DNA of 13,440 nucleotides, taken from the NCBI GenBank assembly GCA_964536215.1, contig CAZHWT010000017.1:1-13440 (forward strand). Direction: 5' to 3'. Shown one piece after another: positions 6,730 through 13,408 of this stretch. The first letter of the stretch is position 1, and each line of letters begins with the position of its first letter. Under the pieces are notes generated by a model. It saw only the letters and a program-made list of their open reading frames with translations, was not told the DNA's origin and made no database searches. The position numbers and the translations under genes are program-made. Source of the DNA: an uncultured Candidatus Saccharibacteria bacterium. Its GTDB lineage: Bacteria; Patescibacteriota; CAZHWT01.

Positions 6730-6759
6730 TTGACAGCAGCAAATTGATATGTGTATGCT
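6730..6759 (+). promoter_or_regulatory. Candidate promoter: -35 TTGACA (6730-6735), 18-bp spacer, extended -10 TGTATGCT (6752-6759)
   Basis: Consensus -35, TG-extended -10. AGGAGG SD at 6784-6789 before ATG 6795. Confidence 0.45.
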
Positions 6760-6794
6760 GAACACATTACGATAGACATTCTTAGGAGGAATAT

Positions 6795-7289
6795 ATGGGA
6801 TTTTTAGGATTTGGTAGAAGGCCAGAAGGTGTGCCAACCGATAAGTTAAGCCAACCGGAAGGTCAAACAACCACCGTGGAGACAGAGCAGACAGAGCCTG
6901 GACAAGTGGGTGAGCAAGAGGTTGATTATTATGATTTTCTTAAAGAGCGGGCGGCGCGAAATGCGTTCTTAGGTGAAGCAAGGCGACAAGCTATTAGTAG
7001 CGTTTCGGAGAAGAATGGTCTTGTTGATAATCGGGAGGCAACAGCAGCTCAAGAGCAGGCAGAAGCAGAAGCCGAAGAGCGATATACAACGAAGTACGGC
7101 CGTTACAAGGCCTCTGAGCCAACCGACGCCGGGTCAGTCGATGAGGCTAAGGCCCAGCAATACACGGATGAAGGTCGGGCTGAAGGCTTGGCGCGATACC
7201 GCGAAATGTTTGAACCTGAAGATGAATCTGGGCAGCCATCCTTGCCAGATGCTATCTCAATTGAGCATGCTGCGGAGACTGAGGAATAG
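6795..7289 (+). CDS. Hypothetical acidic, low-complexity (likely disordered) protein rich in E, A and Q
   Basis: 164-aa ORF with a perfect AGGAGG SD 5 nt upstream. No recognisable domain. Confidence 0.55.
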   Translation: MGFLGFGRRPEGVPTDKLSQPEGQTTTVETEQTEPGQVGEQEVDYYDFLKERAARNAFLGEARRQAISSVSEKNGLVDNREATAAQEQAEAEAEERYTTKYGRYKASEPTDAGSVDEAKAQQYTDEGRAEGLARYREMFEPEDESGQPSLPDAISIEHAAETEE

Positions 7290-7387
7290 ATCAAAAGCAG
7301 ATAGTTAACGGCAAGCGCTTGGTGTATGACCAGGTGCCAATTCACTGAGCGCTTGCCTGCGAGGGGCGAGAGTGCTACAGTAGTGGT

Positions 7388-7618
7388 ATGCTATTTACTC
7401 CTAAAGCCAAAGGTGACCGTAAGTTTTATGGCGTGGCGCTGTTTTTGATTATATTGGGAGTTGGGACGTTTTCGACTGGAGTAATTCAATCTGTATTGGA
7501 GACTTTTTTTGACGATTGGAGTTTTGGTTGGCCGGCCGCTAAGATAGTTGGTGGGTTGATCGTGATTGGATTGGGTTACATAGTTATGGAGCTAGAGTTG
7601 ATTCGAAATAAAGACTAG
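7388..7618 (+). CDS. Small (76-aa) membrane protein with two predicted TM helices
   Basis: Hydrophobic segments VALFLIILGVGTF and IVGGLIVIGLGYIVM. No SD. The promoter-like pair TTGCCT (7353-7358) and TACAGT (7376-7381) places the TSS at about the ATG, suggesting a leaderless mRNA. Confidence 0.5.
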   Translation: MLFTPKAKGDRKFYGVALFLIILGVGTFSTGVIQSVLETFFDDWSFGWPAAKIVGGLIVIGLGYIVMELELIRNKD

Positions 7619-7734
7619 CAGCGTTAAAACATCGGTCGCGCAGAATTCCAGAACGGAATTGTTCGGGGCTGAGGTTTTGCTTCAGCTCCACCAGAGGTTA
7701 AGGTTTACCCCGATTAGACCGGGGTTTGAGATAC

Positions 7735-7876
7735 AAGATTAAAGATCCAGACATAAAACCCAAACTCAAAAACTCAAGATTTAGAATAAGCTACAAAATA
7801 CAGACTGTTCATGATTTGCGGCTTATTTTGCGTCTTGTGGCTTGAATCTTAAAATTATGTCTGGATCTTAAATCTT
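7735..7876. mobile_element. ~142-bp element with 22-bp terminal inverted repeats (AAGATTAAAGATCCAGACATAA / TTATGTCTGGATCTTAAATCTT, 21/22 match) and nested internal AAGATT/AATCTT and AATAAGC/GCTTATT repeats. MITE-like or long hairpin.
   Basis: Inverted repeat 7735-7756 with 7855-7876, verified by reverse complement. No ORF inside. Whether a target-site duplication is present is unclear. Confidence 0.45.
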
Positions 7877-7903
7877 ACCGCATCTCTGTCTCCACTATTT
7901 ATT

Positions 7904-7933
7904 TTGAAATAGATTGTACTACTATGTGATAAT
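7904..7933 (+). promoter_or_regulatory. Candidate promoter for the DUF6496-like gene: -35 TTGAAA (7904-7909), 18-bp spacer, extended -10 TGtGATAAT (7925-7933). A second TATAAT lies at 7947-7952.
   Basis: Hexamers seen in sequence. GGGGGT SD at 7962-7967 before ATG 7972. Confidence 0.45.
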
Positions 7934-7971
7934 AGTACTATAAAGTATATAATCTATAAAAGGGGGTAAGT

Positions 7972-8151
7972 ATGGCTAAGTACGGACCAAAAACACAGAA
8001 AAAGCTGAAGAAAGTTATGGCAGAATTTAAAAAGGGGAAGTTAAAGAGTGGGCGGTCGGGCAAGAAGGTCACAGATCGCGACCAAGCTATCGCAATTGGC
8101 TTGTCTGAGGCACGCAAAGAAGGGGATACGGTGCCTGATCCGGAGGATTAG
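7972..8151 (+). CDS. Small basic protein (59 aa) resembling the DUF6496 family (MAKYGPKTQKKLKKVMAEFKKGKLKSGRSGKKVTDRDQAIAIGLSEARKEG..)
   Basis: Good SD. The KxGKLKSG...KKVT.R.QAIAIGLSEARK pattern matches what I remember of DUF6496-annotated small proteins. It is below the ORF-track length cutoff. Confidence 0.55.
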   Translation: MAKYGPKTQKKLKKVMAEFKKGKLKSGRSGKKVTDRDQAIAIGLSEARKEGDTVPDPED

Positions 8152-8268
8152 CAGCGGCGATCTCCGTAGCGCGGATAGTAGGCAAGTCGCGAGTAGCTAG
8201 GCTGCGCTAGACTGCAGGATTACTCATCCCGATACAATCTGGACTGGGTAGTAGGAATCCTTTTCTTA

Positions 8269-8393
8269 CTGTCATTCTCGACCCGATCGAGAATCCGATT
8301 CCCGATCAAGCCGGGAATGACAGTAAAAATCGATCAACGATTCTCGATCTACAATTAGTCCCGATTTAATCGGGGTCAGGTCGAGAATGACAG
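8269..8393. repeat. 125-bp multi-hairpin element bounded by a perfect 13-bp inverted repeat CTGTCATTCTCGA / TCGAGAATGACAG. Internal IRs include GATCGAGAATC/GATTCTCGATC, ATTCCCG/CGGGAAT and the palindrome CCCGATTTAATCGGG.
   Basis: Read directly. The core GAGAATGAC/GTCATTCTC recurs at 8313-8323, 10148-10159, 10215-10227 and 3581-3593, which points to a dispersed repeat family. Confidence 0.6.
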
Positions 8394-8414
8394 AAAGGCA
8401 GGGGGGAGTACAAA

Positions 8415-8470
8415 CTACGATTTACGATATACGATCTACGATATGCGATTCCGGGTCTACGATTGACGAT
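8415..8470. repeat. Tandem heptamer array (N)TACGAT: five contiguous units (8415-8449), an 8-bp interruption, then two more units
   Basis: ctacgat ttacgat atacgat ctacgat atgcgat tccgggtc tacgat tgacgat, read directly. It overlaps the -35-like TTGACG of the YibE/F promoter. Confidence 0.8.
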
Positions 8471-8499
8471 CGGCTAGCTGGTCGCCATACTGAGTAGGT

Positions 8500-9660
8500 A
8501 TGAATTTTCTGTCTAAATTAGGTCTGGTGGTGGGAGGTTTGTTGGTGACTTTGTTGGCGCCAGCGGCGGTTGGGGCGCAGGAGTCGGTTGATATTCCGGA
8601 TCAGACTTTTGCCAAGGCCCAGGTTCAGAGCGTGGATAAAGAAGGTACAAAAGAAATTCATGGGTTTGAAAATTTGTACCAGGATGTAACTCTGAAGATT
8701 CTGGATGGGCCAGCGGCTGGACAGATTATTAAAGTGGAACATGGTGGAACTACCCAAATTACTGATGGGCAAAAAGTCCGTAAGGGCGACACGGTGGTGT
8801 TAACCACGTTTACCGACCAAGCGGGCCAGACTGAGCATATTATTGTTGATACGTACCGACTGCCTTGGCTGGCCGTTTTTGGTGTATTTTTTGTCATCCT
8901 GGTGCTGGTAGTGACGGGCTGGAGAGGAGTAGGGTCGTTGCTGGGGCTTATTTTTAGCCTAGGCGTTATTACGTTCTGGGTAGCGCCACAGATTTTAAAC
9001 GGCCATGACCCGTTACTGGTGAGCATTGCCGGCTCGTTTGTTATCCTCTTTTTGACCACCTATCTGGCTCACGGCGTGTCTCGGCAGACTACCGTAGCGC
9101 TCTTATCAACTTTTGGCGCCCTAGTACTTACCGGACTATTGTCGCTGCTGGCTGTTTACTTAACTAAGATGACTGGCGTATCTAGCGACGAGGTCTATTC
9201 GCTGCAGCTCAACCAAACGACAGCGCATATTAACACTCAGGGCCTGCTGTTGGGAGGTATTATTATTGGTATGGTTGGGGCGCTGAACGATGTTACAACT
9301 ACACAAGCGGCTACTGTGTTTGAACTTTTCCATGCCATGGACAAGCCACAATGGGGGTACCTGATAAAGCGCAGCATGGTTGTGGGACGAGAACATATTT
9401 TGTCTTTGGTCAACACTTTAGTCATTGCTTATGCTGGCTCATCTTTGGCGGTGTTTTTGTTCTTAGTTTTAAATCCTTCAGACCAGCCCTTGTGGGTTAT
9501 TTTGAATAGTGAAACCTTGTTCGATGAGATTATGCGGACGATTATCGGCAGCTTTGGCCTGATTTTGGCTGTGCCAGTAGTCACCATAGCGGCTGCCTGG
9601 ATGGTTTTCCGCAAAGAACCGACTGAAGCAGAGTTAGCTAAAATGGGTCATCATCACTAA
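8500..9660 (+). CDS. YibE/F family membrane protein. N-terminal signal/TM segment, extracytoplasmic beta-rich domain, then multi-TM domain. His-rich C-terminus.
   Basis: 386 aa. The architecture and the LNDVTTTQAATVFEL motif fit YibE/F-like proteins. The -35-like TTGACG (8463-8468) and CATACT (8486-8491) put a TSS close to the ATG, so it may be near-leaderless. Confidence 0.8.
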   Translation: MNFLSKLGLVVGGLLVTLLAPAAVGAQESVDIPDQTFAKAQVQSVDKEGTKEIHGFENLYQDVTLKILDGPAAGQIIKVEHGGTTQITDGQKVRKGDTVVLTTFTDQAGQTEHIIVDTYRLPWLAVFGVFFVILVLVVTGWRGVGSLLGLIFSLGVITFWVAPQILNGHDPLLVSIAGSFVILFLTTYLAHGVSRQTTVALLSTFGALVLTGLLSLLAVYLTKMTGVSSDEVYSLQLNQTTAHINTQGLLLGGIIIGMVGALNDVTTTQAATVFELFHAMDKPQWGYLIKRSMVVGREHILSLVNTLVIAYAGSSLAVFLFLVLNPSDQPLWVILNSETLFDEIMRTIIGSFGLILAVPVVTIAAAWMVFRKEPTEAELAKMGHHH

Positions 9661-9705
9661 AGGAGATTTAGGTGGGAGATTTGCTTCCTCGTTTGTTCGA
9701 TGCTT

Positions 9706-9752
9706 CGTTATTCGTTATTCGTTATTCGAAAGCGATTAGCGATTAGCGATTA
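9706..9752. repeat. Two adjacent heptamer tandem arrays: CGTTATT x3 (9706-9726) and GCGATTA x3 (9732-9752)
   Basis: cgttattcgttattcgttattcgaaagcgattagcgattagcgattagcggg, read directly, immediately 3' of the YibE/F stop. Confidence 0.8.
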
Positions 9753-9769
9753 GCGGGATTTTAGCACTG

Positions 9770-10051
9770 GTGGCAGCGCTTTATTTCTTATTTCTTGCAG
9801 TTTTGTTTGACATTTGGACTCTTGTACCTTGGCATTTAACTTGCCCGCTCGTCAGTTGCTATTGGTTGTCTAGTTACTTGGCTCGCTGGGAATATTTAGC
9901 TAAGTTTAATAAGGACACCGGCCTCTACGAAATTGACCAGACGGGTGGCTACGGCGACGAGGCTAACCGACATAAGCACTATGTTGATATGTATAAAAAT
10001 TATGTGAGCAAGATTCCTTTGATTCAGGAATTCGTGGCTGCGGTGAGATAG
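9770..10051 (+). CDS. Hypothetical ORF with uncertain start. The C-terminal ~55 aa (..KDTGLYEIDQTGGYGDEANRHKHYVDMYKNYVSKIPLIQEFVAAVR) look coding. The N-terminal part overlaps AT-rich, promoter-like DNA.
   Basis: The ORF track gives a 93-aa ORF. A possible TTG start at 9878 would give 58 aa. No SD and no recognised family. Confidence 0.3.
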   Translation: MAALYFLFLAVLFDIWTLVPWHLTCPLVSCYWLSSYLARWEYLAKFNKDTGLYEIDQTGGYGDEANRHKHYVDMYKNYVSKIPLIQEFVAAVR

Positions 10052-10082
10052 TACGTACACATGTACGTACATGTGTACGTAC
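10051..10082. repeat. Perfect 32-bp palindrome GTACGTACACATGTACGTACATGTGTACGTAC
   Basis: I verified base by base that the reverse complement equals the forward sequence. It overlaps the stop codon of the 9770 ORF. Confidence 0.9.
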
Positions 10083-10086
10083 GAAT

Positions 10087-10304
10087 GTCAAAATGCAAAA
10101 GGCAAAGGTCAAAAGTGAGGGTTAAAGGTGAAAAGTTGAACTAATTGGTCATCCTGAGCAGCAGTGAGGGATCTTCCTCGGTTTTTATATTCTGTCTGGA
10201 AGATTCTTCGGCCAGCTTCAGAATGACGGATTGGGTACTTTTGAACTTTGACTTGTAATTTTGCCTTTTGACCTCTGGCTTTTGACTTAGTTTTCCCTTT
10301 GACC
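10087..10304. repeat. Large imperfect nested inverted repeat. Left arm GTCAAAA/GCAAAAG-rich, right arm TTTTGAC/TTTTGCC-rich. Central hairpin with outer IR GTCATCCTGAGC (10148-10159) / GCTTCAGAATGAC (10215-10227) and inner IR GATCTTCC / GGAAGATTC.
   Basis: I derived the reverse complement of the central segment by hand. The arms are reverse complements at the motif level. MITE-like or structured element upstream of the ABC operon promoter. Confidence 0.6.
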
Positions 10305-10328
10305 TTATATAGCCTTTGCTGTCATAAT
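10299..10328 (+). promoter_or_regulatory. Candidate promoter of the ABC transporter operon: -35 TTGACC (10299-10304), 18-bp spacer, -10 CATAAT (10323-10328)
   Basis: The -35 is the last of a series of TTTGAC repeats that form the right arm of the large palindromic element. AAGGAG SD at 10343-10348. Confidence 0.5.
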
Positions 10329-10353
10329 AGTCTTTGTATTTGAAGGAGTTTTG

Positions 10354-11043
10354 ATGGCCGAAACCATAATTGAGCTAAAACATGTCAGTAAAATTTATCA
10401 CAGCGCTGGCGAAGAGGTCGCGGCCTTAAAAGACGTGTCGCTGGCTATTGCGGCGGGGGAGAGCGTGGCCATTATTGGTAAGAGTGGGAGCGGTAAGTCG
10501 ACATTAATGCACATTCTGGCTACGCTGGATAAACCGTCCAAGGGGTCAATTGTGCTTAAGGGGCAGGATGTGTCCAAGCTTAAGCAGGGAGATCTGGAGC
10601 GGTTGCGCAACAAGACCTTTGGCTTCGTCTTTCAGCAATTTTTTGTTAATCCGCGTAATACCTGTTTGGAAAATGTGGTGCTACCATTAATGATTATGGG
10701 CATCTCGCCAGCGGAGCGAAAGAAGCGTGGTTTGGCTATGTTGGAGTCCGTCGGCCTGGCCGATAAAGCTAAGCAGAAAGCTAATGATTTATCGGGCGGC
10801 CAAAAGCAGCGCTTATGTATTGCTCGGGCTCTCATTACGCACCCGGAAGTCATTTTTGCCGATGAGCCGACTGGTAATTTGGATAGTGAAAATGGTCAAA
10901 TTGTGACAGATTTACTATTTAGCCTGCAAAAAGAGCAGGGAATCACCTTGGTGATGGTAACTCACGACCAGGATATGGCCGACTTGTGCCAGCGCCAATT
11001 AACCATTAAGGACGGCGAAATTATTAAGGAGACCGGCAAATGA
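10354..11043 (+). CDS. ABC transporter ATP-binding protein, MacB/LolD/FtsE family
   Basis: Walker A GKSGSGKST, Q-loop, signature LSGGQKQR, Walker B VIFADEPTGNLD, H-loop VTHD. Start at ATG 10354 (AAGGAG 5 nt upstream). The ORF track begins at the TTG at 10351. Confidence 0.9.
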   Translation: MAETIIELKHVSKIYHSAGEEVAALKDVSLAIAAGESVAIIGKSGSGKSTLMHILATLDKPSKGSIVLKGQDVSKLKQGDLERLRNKTFGFVFQQFFVNPRNTCLENVVLPLMIMGISPAERKKRGLAMLESVGLADKAKQKANDLSGGQKQRLCIARALITHPEVIFADEPTGNLDSENGQIVTDLLFSLQKEQGITLVMVTHDQDMADLCQRQLTIKDGEIIKETGK

Positions 11044-12311
11044 AAATAACTGATACGATGCGCATGGCCCAGACGAATCTGGTCCGATCCAAGCTAAGAA
11101 CAGCGTTGACTATTATTGCAGTGTTTATAGGAGCATTAACCATTTCTTTAACCAATGGGGTTGGCAATGGGGTTAAAGCCTATGTGAACAAACAATTGGG
11201 CAATGTTGGAGCCGAAAATAGTCTGATTATTATGGTTAAACAGGATTCCGGTCCAGAATTTGGCAGTGAAGATGTCCAAGAATACGACCCTGATAAGACG
11301 ACGGGCATGTTTAATATCGCTTTGCTGACGAGTAAAGATTTAGATACGTTGCGTGATACTACAGGGATTATCGAGGCGACGCCGCAGTATACTATTTCGA
11401 TTGATTATATTGCCACAGGTGATAAAAAGTACGTCTTTACTGCTCAGCAATACACCGACGGTCTAAAAATAGATATGCTGGCTGGCAAAATGGTGGATAA
11501 TCAGACTGATAATCAAATTACTATTCCAGAAAAGTATGTTAAAACGTTGGGATTTTCATCTAACCAGGCGGCGGTCGGCCAAACAGTCGCACTTGGCTTT
11601 AAAGATGCTCAGCAACAGCAGCACACGCTTGAAGCCACCATTACTGGAGTTCAGGCTGCCTCATTAATCGGTGGCGGGAGTGCCTATATGAGCAATGGTT
11701 TGGCCGAAGCGATTCATGCCGCTCAGAGTGGTCAGAATGCTAATCTAGCTAATAGCTACCAGGCAATTGTGGCCCAGTTTGAAGAGAGTTATACCGATGA
11801 GCAGGTTGATAAACTAAAAGATACTCTGGACAAACAAGGCTACCAGGCTATGACCGTGCAGGATCAGATTGGCATTGTTAGTCAGGTCATTAATACTATT
11901 CAGATTGGCTTGAATATTTTTGGAGCAATTGCTTTGCTGGCGGCAAGTTTTGGCATTGTTAATACTTTGTTAATGGCGGTTAACGAACGGACGCGAGAGA
12001 TTGGGCTAATGAAAGCGCTCGGCACCAGCCGTAAAGCCATCTTTACCATTTTCTCGGTTGAGGCTATTAGCTTGGGCTTCTGGGGATCGTTGCTTGGCGT
12101 ACTGACTAGTCTGTTAATTGGAGCGATTGTTAACCCTATTGCCACAGATACATTCCTAAAGGACTTTGACGGATTTAATCTATTAGCATTCCCCCTTTTG
12201 CCGTCATTAGGGATCATTGGCCTGATTATGCTGATTGCCTTTATTGCCGGCGCCCTGCCGTCGCTTAAGGCGAGTCGACTCAATCCGATCGAAGCTCTGA
12301 GATACGAATAA
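11040..12311 (+). CDS. ABC transporter permease, MacB-like (N-terminal TM helix, periplasmic-type MacB_PCD domain, C-terminal FtsX 4-TM domain)
   Basis: 423 aa. Its start overlaps the upstream stop (ATGA). The FtsX-family signature ..NERTREIGLMKALGTSRKAIFTIF.. is present near the C-terminal TM bundle. Confidence 0.85.
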   Translation: MKITDTMRMAQTNLVRSKLRTALTIIAVFIGALTISLTNGVGNGVKAYVNKQLGNVGAENSLIIMVKQDSGPEFGSEDVQEYDPDKTTGMFNIALLTSKDLDTLRDTTGIIEATPQYTISIDYIATGDKKYVFTAQQYTDGLKIDMLAGKMVDNQTDNQITIPEKYVKTLGFSSNQAAVGQTVALGFKDAQQQQHTLEATITGVQAASLIGGGSAYMSNGLAEAIHAAQSGQNANLANSYQAIVAQFEESYTDEQVDKLKDTLDKQGYQAMTVQDQIGIVSQVINTIQIGLNIFGAIALLAASFGIVNTLLMAVNERTREIGLMKALGTSRKAIFTIFSVEAISLGFWGSLLGVLTSLLIGAIVNPIATDTFLKDFDGFNLLAFPLLPSLGIIGLIMLIAFIAGALPSLKASRLNPIEALRYE

Positions 12312-12555
12312 ATCCGAATCTGTTCGTCGGGTTTTAGGCCTGTCCGCCTCCGGCGGATTCTAGGAACATATTCTCTCATTCCGACATTTATTCGCTGGCT
12401 ATTCTCGTATTTTATCCGACTACTCGTTGCGTAATTCGTAATTCTAACGGTGCAATTCGGCTCTGAGTTTTGGAATCTGGAACTGCAAGCCAGTTCGGAT
12501 AATTGGACATTTGTAGCATTCGAGGTTTGCGTCATTCGAATTTTGCCATTCGCAT

Positions 12556-12584
12556 TTGACATCGAAGCACTATAGTAGTATAAC
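12556..12584 (+). promoter_or_regulatory. Promoter with -35 TTGACA (12556-12561), 17-bp spacer, -10 TATAAC (12579-12584). Predicted TSS is at about the ATG at 12591 (leaderless).
   Basis: Consensus -35 and spacing. Only 6 nt separate the -10 from the start codon and there is no SD. Confidence 0.5.
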
Positions 12585-12590
12585 GCGGCC

Positions 12591-13226
12591 ATGAAATTAT
12601 TTATTCACTTGCCTAGACGGTGGTGGTTAGGGCTGGCGGCAGCGACAGCAATGACTGCTATTTTGATTGGTGGCGTCATAGTATTTCAGCGCATTGCTGA
12701 TCAGACTGTAAGGGTGGCTCATCAGGATAAGCCAACTCGGGTTCAGTCAAATATTTCAGCCGATACGGCCACGCCGACGCCGGCTGATACACCGCCCGCA
12801 GCATCGGTCCCAGCCATGGTTGATAGCATTGTGCCAGTTGTGGAATCCGCTGCGCCAAGAGTGCAGCCGACCATTTCTTTTACTCCAACTGTCGAAGGCG
12901 AGCAATACGATACCCAGAAAGCGGCTGTGAATATTACTACCTCTCAGGTTCATAAAGCATTTAAGGACAACGACAGCCAGGCGCTATACAACTTATTTAG
13001 CAGTCAGTTGACGACTGTTTTTACCGCCGAAAACTTGGCTGAGGCGTTTGGCGCGACGGGTAATGTGAATCTGGAGCCGATAGGCGATCCGGTCATCTCA
13101 ACCGAATGGGCTAAGCAGCGCGTTTCTTACACTCACGATGGTTCAACTACGCAATACGACATGGTTCTGCATTTGGAAGATGGGGAATGGAAATTATTTG
13201 GCACAATGAGCCTAGACGGACAATAG
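12591..13226 (+). CDS. Hypothetical membrane-anchored protein (N-terminal TM helix, Pro/Thr/Ala-rich linker, extracytoplasmic C-terminal domain)
   Basis: 211-aa ORF. N-terminus WWLGLAAATAMTAILIGGVIVF is a TM helix, followed by a PT-rich low-complexity linker and a globular-looking C-terminus. Its own promoter sits downstream of the ABC operon. Confidence 0.6.
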   Translation: MKLFIHLPRRWWLGLAAATAMTAILIGGVIVFQRIADQTVRVAHQDKPTRVQSNISADTATPTPADTPPAASVPAMVDSIVPVVESAAPRVQPTISFTPTVEGEQYDTQKAAVNITTSQVHKAFKDNDSQALYNLFSSQLTTVFTAENLAEAFGATGNVNLEPIGDPVISTEWAKQRVSYTHDGSTTQYDMVLHLEDGEWKLFGTMSLDGQ

Positions 13227-13353
13227 GCGATCTGGCCATAGTCAGGTAGGCACGTCGGGAGTAGGCAAGTAGGCGAGGCAATGGCATTTTGTATGCTGAT
13301 TGAGTTGTAGGCTGCTGAGGTTGAACCAGGCAGCAAGGGTGCAAGTTTATAAA

Positions 13354-13408
13354 CACTACTCACCACTCACCACTCACCACTCACCACTCACCACTCACCA
13401 CTCACCAA
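13354..13408. repeat. Tandem heptamer array CACCACT: six perfect units (13361-13402) plus degenerate flanking units
   Basis: cactact(caccact)x6 caccaag, read directly, ~130 nt 3' of the last gene. Confidence 0.85.

Noticed and set aside
7310-7357. 10-bp inverted repeat GGCAAGCGCT..AGCGCTTGCC with a 28-nt loop after the acidic-protein gene, considered as a terminator
   Set aside because: There is no T-run after the stem and the loop is long. More likely it is incidental or part of the promoter region of the 7388 gene, whose -35 TTGCCT lies within the right arm.
8415-8470. CRISPR array
   Set aside because: The repeats are 7 bp with no spacers (tandem heptamers), far below CRISPR repeat and spacer sizes. 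There are no cas genes.
8518-9614. Several 60-133-aa minus-strand ORFs (8518-8772, 8658-9059, 9160-9396, 9237-9425, 9429-9614)
   Set aside because: All are antisense to the YibE/F gene, which has a strong family signature. They are shadow ORFs.
11900-12592. 230-aa minus-strand ORF
   Set aside because: It lies entirely antisense to the well-supported FtsX permease gene and the repeat-rich spacer. Its sequence is low-complexity (R/S/I-rich). It is a shadow ORF.
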